The translations under genes were made by a program, and so were the position numbers. A DNA stretch of 32,000 nt, from positions 390,001 through 422,000 of the forward strand of contig NC_014537.1 of the NCBI RefSeq assembly GCF_000148385.1, in the 5' to 3' direction. Every line of letters starts with the position of its first letter. Position 1 is the stretch's first letter. The DNA comes from Vulcanisaeta distributa DSM 14429 (GTDB lineage: Archaea > Thermoproteota > Thermoprotei > Thermoproteales > Thermocladiaceae). Of this stretch, positions 8,130-15,945 are shown one piece after another. Under the pieces are notes generated by a model, which worked only from the letters and a program-made list of their open reading frames with translations, ran no database searches and was not told the origin of the DNA.

Positions 8130-8947
8130 GGCTTGATCACCCCCTCCTTAATTAGGTTATCAAGTAACCACTTGGCTGCCTCCCTTGGATCACCCTTGAA
8201 TACCTGCTTCTTCCTCTCTATGGGCTTGGCATCCTCGATCTTCGCAACTATCGTTGGTGAACCCCTAAGGCCGATACACTCCCTCTCCAGCTTCAGCGCG
8301 TTGTTATCGACGATCTTCACTAAGCCATTCAGTTTGGCCTCAACCTTCCTAGCGAGACTTATGTCCCTTGGCGGATTACTATTCTTATAAACACTGATTA
8401 TTATTGGCATCTTGTACTCGTAGGCCTCGTAGACACCCTCATCCTCAAGGTACCTGGTTACCACGATAAGCCTATCCTCAAGCTTAACCTCAGCGTCAAC
8501 TGCGTAATAAACATATGGCAGGTTGAGCCAGGAGGCCACCTGGGCGGGCATGTGGGCTGTTGTTGAGTCCGTGGTCTCCTCACCAAAGACTATAAGGTCG
8601 AAGTTAGGGAATAGTTTCTGTATGCTCCTTGCCACTGTGTATGAGGTAGCCAATGTATCAGCACCCGCGAATGCCCTGTCCGTGATTAGGTATGCCTCGT
8701 CAGCCCCCATGCCTATTGTTGATTCTAGGAAGTCCTTGCCACTCGGTGGTGCCATTGATAATGTTATTACTTTACCGCCATACTTATCCTTAAGCCTTAG
8801 GGCGAATTCGAGGGCGTTCCTATCGTATGGATTAAGCATCAGTGGTACTCCCTCACGCACGAGGTTATGGGTCACGGGGTCTAGCCTAACTGCCGTTACA
8901 TTAGGTACCGCTGCCTTCACAGGGACTATTATCGTTAATCCACCCAT
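8126..8947 (-). CDS. etfB: Electron transfer flavoprotein beta subunit (EtfB/FixA)
   Basis: The sequence IIVPVKAAV...LNPYDRNALEFALRLKDKYGGKVITLSMAPP...GADEAYLI is typical of the ETF beta family. TATA-rich sequence in the 78-nt spacer upstream (8948-9025) suggests the gene has its own promoter. Confidence 0.9.
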   Translation of the reverse strand: MGGLTIIVPVKAAVPNVTAVRLDPVTHNLVREGVPLMLNPYDRNALEFALRLKDKYGGKVITLSMAPPSGKDFLESTIGMGADEAYLITDRAFAGADTLATSYTVARSIQKLFPNFDLIVFGEETTDSTTAHMPAQVASWLNLPYVYYAVDAEVKLEDRLIVVTRYLEDEGVYEAYEYKMPIIISVYKNSNPPRDISLARKVEAKLNGLVKIVDNNALKLERECIGLRGSPTIVAKIEDAKPIERKKQVFKGDPREAAKWLLDNLIKEGVIKP

Positions 8948-9025
8948 CAGTAAAGAGCAGACATTTGACTTAATATGTATTTCTGAACTTTGACATATAT
9001 AGCATTATATAGTCTGCACGTTAAC

Positions 9026-9319
9026 CTAGCCAAACCTGTACTGAACGCCAAAGCCACTCTTGGGATAATTCCACTCAATGTTGTTCTCTGGACAGACTAC
9101 GCGGCATGTGCCGCACTCAAGGCAGCCCTCGTGTGAGAACAATACCGTGCCGTCCGGGCCTGGTGTGTAGCACCTGGCTGGGCATAGGTATAGGCAGGGC
9201 TTCTTATCGCACTTCCTGCATTGGTCAGGGTCTATAATCCTAATGTGGGGTCTTTGGTCAACGTCCCAGGCATTACTATTCAATCTCTCCTCAATTGGTA
9301 TCTTCCTGTCGAGACTCAT
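9026..9319 (-). CDS. fixX: Ferredoxin-like protein FixX
   Basis: The 97-aa product carries Cys motifs CRKCDKKPCLYLCP and CLECGTCRVVCP. It overlaps the fixC stop (ATGA at 9316-9319). Confidence 0.9.
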   Translation of the reverse strand: MSLDRKIPIEERLNSNAWDVDQRPHIRIIDPDQCRKCDKKPCLYLCPARCYTPGPDGTVLFSHEGCLECGTCRVVCPENNIEWNYPKSGFGVQYRFG

Positions 9320-10593
9320 AGGTTCATCACCAGCCTAATGGCATCCCTCGCCAAATCAATTAGTGTTAAATTGCCCTTACTCTCAAGTAGTGTTGAGCCC
9401 AGCTTTCTCGGTGTTCCATCAACCTCGAAGTACCTCCTCAATAGATTGTTTATCATTCTCACGTAATTACTATACAGCCTCGGCTCTATTAAAACCTTGT
9501 GTGCATTCCTAAAGGTCTTGAGCTCCCTAAGTACGAAGGACTCCTCAAGCAGTTTTCCGTAAACTGATAGCGCCTCATCATCGTATTTGCCCAATTCATG
9601 AGCCTTAGTAACAGCCTCGGCAGCCAACCTACCACTCTCCATGGCGAAGTCCACACCCCTAATTATCACGCCTAGGTGAAGCAGGAAGCCTGCAGCATCG
9701 CCGGTGACTAGGTAGCCATTACCGTATAATTTAGGTGGCGCAGCATTTATGCCGGCCACGGGCGTTAGGTGGGCTGAGTACTCGAGGAGTTGCCCTCCCT
9801 TAATCAATCTCTTGACCATTGGGTGTAGCCTGAACTCCTCGATTAGGTCGTGGACTGGCACATCCAGTTGGTAGCCATAACTTAGGTATATGACTATCCC
9901 CAGGGTTATGGCCTCCTTATTAGTGTATATGAAGGCGCCGCCCGGCAGGTAATGCGTTGGGAATCCAGCAAGCACCCACGCTAATCCCTCATCCTCATCA
10001 AGGTTAAACCTCTCATTAATCTCCTCCCTACTCAACTTAATGACCTCCTTAACACCAAGGGCCACTATCTCAGGGCTCAACTTAGGCGCTAGGCCACTCC
10101 TCTCGAGGACCAGCCTGTTTATCCCCTCGGCGATTATCGTCACGTCACCGTAGACCTCATCATTACCAGCCCTAACGCCAACCACCTTACCATCCCTAAT
10201 GATTAATGAGTCAACGGGTACCTCAGAAACAACGACGGCGCCTGCTGACTCCGCCTTCTTATCAAGCCACTCGACGAAGTTCGTTAAATAGGCCGTGAAT
10301 GATTTGTGTTCAACCTTCGTTGTTTCGAAGTCCACGGTTGTCCAGGAGTCCTCAGTCATCATCGTTATCCTCTCCCTCCTAACCCAACGCTCCACGGGTG
10401 CCTCCTTGACGTACTCAGGGTATAGCCTGTCGAGGACGTGGGCGTAAATCCTACCGCCAAAGACATTCTTACTGCCCGGCTTCTTACCCCTCTCAATTAC
10501 CAGCACCTTAAACCCCTTACTGGCTAATTGCTGGGCAGCCGTGAGCCCCGCCGGCCCCGCACCAACCACTATCACATCGAACTTTGTCCCCAC
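9316..10593 (-). CDS. fixC: FAD-dependent ETF:quinone oxidoreductase-like protein FixC
   Basis: The gene has a GTG start. The N-terminal dinucleotide fold is FDVIVVGAGPAGLTAAQQLA...VLVIERG. Both the size (425 aa) and the neighbouring fixX, etfB and etfA genes fit FixC. Confidence 0.9.
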   Translation of the reverse strand: MGTKFDVIVVGAGPAGLTAAQQLASKGFKVLVIERGKKPGSKNVFGGRIYAHVLDRLYPEYVKEAPVERWVRRERITMMTEDSWTTVDFETTKVEHKSFTAYLTNFVEWLDKKAESAGAVVVSEVPVDSLIIRDGKVVGVRAGNDEVYGDVTIIAEGINRLVLERSGLAPKLSPEIVALGVKEVIKLSREEINERFNLDEDEGLAWVLAGFPTHYLPGGAFIYTNKEAITLGIVIYLSYGYQLDVPVHDLIEEFRLHPMVKRLIKGGQLLEYSAHLTPVAGINAAPPKLYGNGYLVTGDAAGFLLHLGVIIRGVDFAMESGRLAAEAVTKAHELGKYDDEALSVYGKLLEESFVLRELKTFRNAHKVLIEPRLYSNYVRMINNLLRRYFEVDGTPRKLGSTLLESKGNLTLIDLARDAIRLVMNL

Positions 10594-10669
10594 GGGTCAG
10601 GGATTAGACATACACCTTATTAAGTATTAACACTAAATAGATTTAATTAATTTAGTTGAATTCTCTTTT

Positions 10670-10729
10670 GGTTGGTGATGAGGGCGAACCCAATGGATGA
10701 GTGACATGACTCTATCCTGGCTGATAGTA
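10670..10729 (+). ncRNA. Second C/D-box sRNA candidate (weaker internal boxes)
   Basis: The layout is C box GTGATGA (10675-10681), 12-nt guide gggcgaacccaa, degenerate D' TGGA (10694-10697), spacer tga, degenerate C' GTGACAT (10701-10707), 13-nt guide gactctatcctgg, D box CTGA (10721-10724). AT-rich TATA-like atttaattaattt (10641-10653) lies about 25-30 nt upstream. Confidence 0.45.
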
Positions 10730-10741
10730 TTAAACAGAGTC

Positions 10742-10790
10742 TGCTTTTTCGATAAGCCACATAGAAATTTCACGTTGCTTTTCGGATAAG
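10742..10790 (+). promoter_or_regulatory. Imperfect 15-nt direct repeat upstream of the radical-SAM operon
   Basis: tgctttttcgataag (10742-10756) and tgcttttcggataag (10776-10790) match at 13 of 15 positions, 34 nt start to start, 37-85 nt upstream of the ATG at 10827. Confidence 0.4.
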
Positions 10791-10826
10791 TAGGCTTAAC
10801 TTGATATCTAAATAGATATTACTAAT

Positions 10827-12338
10827 ATGTCATCATTGGGCGATCACATTGATAAATTAGTTGAGAGGAAGGTGGAGGATTCAGGAAGTGGTGCTGGTGC
10901 GTTAATAGCGGCGATCAGGTTATTGAATAGGGGCGTTGTTAGATGGGCACTTAGGGTATTGACTAAGGAGGTTGAATTTAATGGTGAGAGGAAGCCATTA
11001 ATGGAGTGGGTGTTGGCAAAGTACGTGGGTGAATCCCAATGCCCAACTGTGACCCACTTTGTGGCTCCATTCTTTGAGATGGGTATGAAATTGGCAACGG
11101 CCTGGCTCCACGCGGATGAGGAACCCATTAAGCAGTTGCTCAGTGATCCAGCGATTAGGAGGGGTATAGTCACGACGCTGAGGGGCATAGCACTGTTCGG
11201 TGTTACAACGCCGCAGAAGCTCCCAGCCCCATTCTTCATAGTGTGGAACTTCACAAACGCCTGCAACCTGAAGTGCATGCATTGTTACCAAAACGCCGGT
11301 AGGCCGTTACCCAATGAGTTGGCGCTTGAGGAGAAGCTCAGGGTCGTTAAGGAGCTTGATGAGGCTGGAGTACCGGCTATCGCATTATCCGGTGGTGAGC
11401 CAACGGTTCATAGGGACTTCTGGCCAGTACTTGCTGAGATAAATAGGAGGGGCTTTTACTCGGCCATCGCCACTAATGGAACCACATTTGCGAACATTGA
11501 GTTTGCCGAGAGGGCTAAGAAGCTTGGGCTTAGGTATGTGGAGATAAGCATTGACGCTGCTGACCCCAATGTTCATGATAAGTTCAGGGGTGTGCCAGGT
11601 GCTTGGGCTAAGGCGGTGCAGGGGCTTAGGAATGCTGTTAGGCTTGGCTTTAGTGCGGCGTTGGCGTTTACCGTCACTAAGTACAACATTCATGAGGTTG
11701 ATAAGATACTTGACCTGGCCCAGGAGATTGGCGTTAAGAGGGTCGTATTCTTCAATTTCATACCGGTTGGCAGGGGCCGCGAGAACCTGGAGATTGATTT
11801 ATCACCTGAGGAGAGGGAGGAGTTCCTTAGGCATATTTATAAGGAGATGAGGAGGAGGAAGATGGAGATAATAAGCACGGCTCCTCAATACGGCAGGGTA
11901 GTTAATCAATTAAGCAATGGTGAGGACGTCTCACCAACACACTTCGTAGTCGCCAACGACCCCATAACTAAGGAGTTAACCGAGTTCATTGGTGGCTGTG
12001 GAGCTGGCCGTGTTTACGCAGCCATCGAGCCCGAGGGCACGGTAACGCCCTGCGTCTTCCTACCATACCCAGTGGGCAATCTAAGGACTAAGTCCTTCTG
12101 GGATATTTGGATGGATCCATTCATGGAGAACTTCAGGGATAGGGATAGGCTTGAGGGATTCTGTGGTAGGTGCCCATATAAGTTAATTTGCGGTGGTTGT
12201 AGGGCCAGGGCATATAACTACTTCGGTGACGTACTCGCCCCAGACCCAGGCTGCATATACAACTCGGCCGAGTGGAGGAAGTTGCAGGAGGATATACTGA
12301 GGATTAAGGTGAAGGTATCACCGTTAGTCTTCAAGTAA
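10827..12338 (+). CDS. Radical SAM enzyme with a C-terminal SPASM domain and an N-terminal extension of about 135 aa
   Basis: The radical-SAM motif CNLKCMHC (CX3CX2C) is at aa 146-153. A GGEP-type motif follows (LSGGEPTVH). The 7-Cys SPASM pattern reads C-x12-G-x4-C, then C-x2-C-x5-C-x2-C, then PGC. I recognise no motif in aa 1-135. Confidence 0.85.
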   Translation: MSSLGDHIDKLVERKVEDSGSGAGALIAAIRLLNRGVVRWALRVLTKEVEFNGERKPLMEWVLAKYVGESQCPTVTHFVAPFFEMGMKLATAWLHADEEPIKQLLSDPAIRRGIVTTLRGIALFGVTTPQKLPAPFFIVWNFTNACNLKCMHCYQNAGRPLPNELALEEKLRVVKELDEAGVPAIALSGGEPTVHRDFWPVLAEINRRGFYSAIATNGTTFANIEFAERAKKLGLRYVEISIDAADPNVHDKFRGVPGAWAKAVQGLRNAVRLGFSAALAFTVTKYNIHEVDKILDLAQEIGVKRVVFFNFIPVGRGRENLEIDLSPEEREEFLRHIYKEMRRRKMEIISTAPQYGRVVNQLSNGEDVSPTHFVVANDPITKELTEFIGGCGAGRVYAAIEPEGTVTPCVFLPYPVGNLRTKSFWDIWMDPFMENFRDRDRLEGFCGRCPYKLICGGCRARAYNYFGDVLAPDPGCIYNSAEWRKLQEDILRIKVKVSPLVFK

Positions 12339-12339
12339 G

Positions 12340-13761
12340 GTGATGAACATGAGAGTCCTACTTGCCGTCCCGCCGGGTATTGATAAGTTAGAACTGTATA
12401 AAGTGCTTGGTCTGAAAGCACCGCCACTTGGCCTTGCCTGGATCGCGGCAGTGCTCGAGAGGGCTGGCCATAAGGTTAGGATAATTGATTCACCGACCGA
12501 GGGCATTGACCTAAGGACATTCATGGGCGAGGTTAAGTCCTGGCAACCAGACGTTGTTGGCATAACTGCAATAACGCCAACAGTCTATAAAGCCTATGAA
12601 ACGGCTAAGGCGATTAAGGAGTATGATAAGGACCTGCCTGTAATAATGGGTGGTCCACATGTAACGTTCATGTATGAGGAAGCATTGAGCAATAACGTTG
12701 ACGTTGTTGTTAGGGGTGAGGGTGAATACACGACGCTTGAGCTCATAAATACGATGGAGAAGTATGGGATGGACCCAGCTCACCTAAAGTCGATAAGGGG
12801 CTTAGTGTTTAAGGATGGTGATCAAGTGATTAAGACTCCCGATAGGCCGCCAATCAAGAACCTGGATGAGTTACCACCGCCAGCCCGCCATTTATTGCCC
12901 ATGGATAAGTACACACTGTTTGGCAAACCGATTAGAATAGTCCATGTTATGGCAAGTAGGGGGTGCCCATACGGCTGCTCCTTCTGTTCCACGTCATACT
13001 TCTGGGGCAGGATAATTAGGTATAGGTCGGCCAAGGCCGTGGCTGATGAGATTGAGGATACCGTGAATACGTATAAGACAAACATAATCGTATTCACCGA
13101 TGATGAGTTTACACTCGGTAAGAGGTTCGTGTATGAATTTCTCAGGGAGCTTGAGGAGAGGAAGCTCGACATAAGCTTCTCCTGTGGTTCCAGGGTTGAC
13201 ACAATAGATAGAGAGATGATGATTGCGCTGAAGAAGCATGGGTGCACTGCGCTGTACTTCGGCGTTGAGTCGGGGAGTCAGGACACAATTAACAGGATCG
13301 GTAAGAGGATAACCCTTGAGCAAGCCGTTAGGGTATTTCAGTGGGCTAAGGAGATTAAGATAGACCACGTGGGCTCCTTCGTGATAGGCTTCCCATGGGA
13401 GTCGATAGACGACATGAAGAACACCGTAAAGTTCGCAATGAAGCTAAACCCGACATACGCCCAATTCACCGTTGCCACGCCATACCCAGGCACACCACTT
13501 TACTACCAGGCGCTCAGTGAGAACCTCATTGAGGATTGGAATTGGGAGCATTGGACGACGCTTAAGGCCGTCATGAGGGGTTACAAATTCACCAAGGAGC
13601 AGGCTCAGAAAATGCTTCAGTGGGCTTACGTGAAGTACTACAGTAGGCTTGGCTTCCTAATCCATGAGTTAATACATGGTAGGTTAGGTACAATAATATC
13701 CGCGATAAGGAACTCCCTAGTTCCCTGGTTCACGGAGAAACTGCTTAGGCGTGGTGAGTGA
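12340..13761 (+). CDS. B12-binding-domain radical SAM enzyme (class B type)
   Basis: The N-terminal region VLLAVPP...PPLGLAWIAAVLERAGHKVRIIDS is typical of the cobalamin-binding domain. The radical-SAM motif is ASRGCPYGCSFCS. Three in-frame starts are possible (GTG 12340, ATG 12343, ATG 12349). SD-like AGGTGAT at 12338-12344 favours ATG 12349. The upstream gene's stop is only 1 nt before position 12340. Confidence 0.85.
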   Translation: MMNMRVLLAVPPGIDKLELYKVLGLKAPPLGLAWIAAVLERAGHKVRIIDSPTEGIDLRTFMGEVKSWQPDVVGITAITPTVYKAYETAKAIKEYDKDLPVIMGGPHVTFMYEEALSNNVDVVVRGEGEYTTLELINTMEKYGMDPAHLKSIRGLVFKDGDQVIKTPDRPPIKNLDELPPPARHLLPMDKYTLFGKPIRIVHVMASRGCPYGCSFCSTSYFWGRIIRYRSAKAVADEIEDTVNTYKTNIIVFTDDEFTLGKRFVYEFLRELEERKLDISFSCGSRVDTIDREMMIALKKHGCTALYFGVESGSQDTINRIGKRITLEQAVRVFQWAKEIKIDHVGSFVIGFPWESIDDMKNTVKFAMKLNPTYAQFTVATPYPGTPLYYQALSENLIEDWNWEHWTTLKAVMRGYKFTKEQAQKMLQWAYVKYYSRLGFLIHELIHGRLGTIISAIRNSLVPWFTEKLLRRGE

Positions 13762-13762
13762 G

Positions 13763-14431
13763 TTAAGTGGCGTTGTTCAGTATCTCCCTCAAAACCAATA
13801 GGTTTCTCCTACCCGGTAACGTGGCGTTAATGAACGAGTCCCTATCCAAATTCACACCCCACTTACTAATTATCTCTAGAACCCTATCAAGGTCATCACT
13901 GAATGATCCATTCTCAACGTAACTATGCACCAAGTTCAGGGCGCTATACACGGTGTCGAGGCCGTAAACCCTCGCCAGCCACATGATTATGTCAGGTACG
14001 TTTAGTACAACTAGGTTCTTATCACTCAATCTAATGATCAGCCTCATGTAAAACGTTGTGACGTTGTTCACGGTGACACACTGAACCTTATTGCAGTCGT
14101 TATCGCTCACGATTAAGTTATCATGAACCCTAATACTCCCGGTCCCAAATTCAAGAAGCAATGACGCGCTCAATCTGCCAAACCTAAAAATCTCTATCTC
14201 ATTGCCAATCCTCTCCACAATCCTCCTCATGCGCTTAAAGAACTTATGAACATCATTCCTATCACAATTCCTAGCCACTAGGGGTGATGTTGCTAGTACG
14301 GGTAGATCCATGCAGTTGAGACCGAGGTTCTTACAGAATTCAGTCCTTTTATAAAGTATGAATAGTATTAGGTGTAGTGTGTCCAGGTATTTAATTGGGC
14401 ATTCATTAATTGGGACTTCCCTAAAATCCAT
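13763..14431 (-). CDS. Hypothetical protein (222 aa, Cys-containing, no recognised domain)
   Basis: This is a long ORF with no competing ORF on the other strand. TATA-like tttttaag lies on the minus strand about 35-40 nt upstream of the ATG. I could not assign a motif. Confidence 0.55.
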   Translation of the reverse strand: MDFREVPINECPIKYLDTLHLILFILYKRTEFCKNLGLNCMDLPVLATSPLVARNCDRNDVHKFFKRMRRIVERIGNEIEIFRFGRLSASLLLEFGTGSIRVHDNLIVSDNDCNKVQCVTVNNVTTFYMRLIIRLSDKNLVVLNVPDIIMWLARVYGLDTVYSALNLVHSYVENGSFSDDLDRVLEIISKWGVNLDRDSFINATLPGRRNLLVLREILNNAT

Positions 14432-14506
14432 AAGTATACCACCAATTCACTGATTATTTACTTAAAAACCTATTGATCTATACAAGTGTAGATTTATACA
14501 CGTAAA

Positions 14507-14908
14507 TTACTGCTTCTTAGCCGCAGCCTTCTTCTCAGTCTTCCTCTTCTTCATCTCCTCACGTATCTTCTTAGCCTCCTCCTTCGGCATATTCCTAAGC
14601 CTTATATAAAGCGGCTCAATCCTCTCGCCCACATTGGGGTCATCATAAACGTGGGCCTCAATGACACTCCTGTGCCTACCATACTCAGTGATAACCCTCA
14701 CAACATACACCTGCTTAACATCAACACCCATGGCCTTCGCAATTTCTTCACGTAGTTGAACCCTACTTGGTGTTGGTAAGCCCACGTGCCAGGCCTCGGC
14801 AGTAACCTCCTTACGACCAATAACCTTATTCTCCCTAATGTTGAGTAGCTTAAATACGAGCTTACCTGCCTCAATGCCCTCCGGTAATTTCGGCATTGGT
14901 ATTGACAT
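14507..14908 (-). CDS. rps24e: 30S ribosomal protein S24e
   Basis: The core NKVIGRKEVTAEAWHVGLPTPSRVQLREEIAKAMGVDVKQVYVVRVITEYG is typical of S24e. The C-terminal tail is Lys-rich. Confidence 0.93.
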   Translation of the reverse strand: MSIPMPKLPEGIEAGKLVFKLLNIRENKVIGRKEVTAEAWHVGLPTPSRVQLREEIAKAMGVDVKQVYVVRVITEYGRHRSVIEAHVYDDPNVGERIEPLYIRLRNMPKEEAKKIREEMKKRKTEKKAAAKKQ

Positions 14909-14960
14909 CAGTCTTGACGTGGAGAAACCCCTTAATAAGTATTATTTGTTGCCTATGGGA

Positions 14961-15194
14961 TTATAGGACCTCGATTGCGTACATGCCAGCCTTGGTAATG
15001 CCAAGTCTCTTGGCGATGCAGGACTCCTCGGGCTTAAGTATTACTATAAGGCCCATCCAATCCTTCGTGAAGTCAGTACCACCACATACTGGGCACTTCT
15101 CAACATCCTCAGGTACGACTGCCTTACAATTCCTGCAAGCCTTATAGCCGGGCAATGGACTACGCCTAACCGGTCTCCTACCCCTCGCACTCAT
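14961..15194 (-). CDS. spt4: Transcription elongation factor Spt4 (RNA polymerase subunit E'')
   Basis: The zinc ribbon is CRNCKAVV...CPVCGG, followed by FTKDWMGLIVILKPEESCIAKRLGI. The gene sits upstream of rps24e, as in many archaea. Confidence 0.9.
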   Translation of the reverse strand: MSARGRRPVRRSPLPGYKACRNCKAVVPEDVEKCPVCGGTDFTKDWMGLIVILKPEESCIAKRLGITKAGMYAIEVL

Positions 15195-15249
15195 TACACG
15201 TGTTGCGCGGGTTTACTTTAATAAACTTATCCAGGCATTATGCTCGGCA

Positions 15250-15942
15250 ATGAACGAAACCGTGAATAGGCTAATCGAGACATTCAGGGGCATTAAGAGT
15301 GAGTTGGAGAGTGTGGGTTGGTATCCCGTGGATGCCGAGTCAACAAGGTGGTGGGGTGGTGCTGAGACGCCTGATGAGGTAATAATCACGGCAATACTTG
15401 TGCAACAAACCCGCTGGGACGTGGTGCACGAAGTGCTCAATAGGCTTAGGAAGCTTGGACTGAACACCATCGAGAGCATCGCTAATGCAGACCCTAATTA
15501 CCTAGCTGAGGTCATTAAGGGCGTTAATTATAGATTTACGAAGGCCCAGAGACTTGTTAAGCTCGCTCGCAACATCACAGTGATCGGGGGCTTAGAGAGA
15601 CTGAGGCTTAAGGGTGATGTTAGGGATTTCCTGCTTAACCAGGAGGGTGTTGGTAGGGAGACCGCGGATTCAATAATGCTCTTTGCCCTGAACATACTTA
15701 CATTACCCATTTCGCAATATACAAAGAGGGTGTTCAGTAGGGTATTGGGCATTAATCCTGGTAATGACTATGACTCATGGAAGAGGACGCTTGAGGATTT
15801 AATACCGAGGGACCTATACACCTATAAGTTGGTGCATGCCTCAGTGATTACTATCGGCAAGAAGTATTGCTTGCCTGATAACCCATTATGCGATAAATGC
15901 CCATTAAGGGATTTATGCCTATACGCTAATGGTAGGAGGTGA
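15250..15942 (+). CDS. HhH-GPD superfamily DNA glycosylase (endonuclease III-related) with a 4Fe-4S cluster loop
   Basis: The helix-hairpin-helix is LLNQEGVGRETADSIMLFAL. The C-terminal Cys pattern CLPDNPLCDKCPLRDLC matches C-x6-C-x2-C-x5-C. Confidence 0.85.
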   Translation: MNETVNRLIETFRGIKSELESVGWYPVDAESTRWWGGAETPDEVIITAILVQQTRWDVVHEVLNRLRKLGLNTIESIANADPNYLAEVIKGVNYRFTKAQRLVKLARNITVIGGLERLRLKGDVRDFLLNQEGVGRETADSIMLFALNILTLPISQYTKRVFSRVLGINPGNDYDSWKRTLEDLIPRDLYTYKLVHASVITIGKKYCLPDNPLCDKCPLRDLCLYANGRR

Positions 15943-15945
15943 CCA

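Noticed and set aside
7228-8993. Long plus-strand ORFs (7228..7821, 7818..8390, 8523..8993) opposite etfA and etfB. Similar antisense ORFs appear elsewhere, for example 1370..1849, 2518..2832, 10844..11278, 12822..13247, 17608..17964, 19727..20086, 22795..23109 and 24042..24329.
   Set aside because: Each lies entirely inside a gene with clear family motifs on the other strand. Their translations are low-complexity (Ser/Leu/Pro/Thr-rich) with no recognisable domains. They are shadow ORFs typical of this codon usage.
12338-12415. GTGATGA at 12340 considered as a third C box.
   Set aside because: The nearest CTGA is about 70 nt downstream, there are no internal D'/C' boxes at the 12-nt spacing, and the motif coincides with the SD and start region of the B12 radical-SAM gene.
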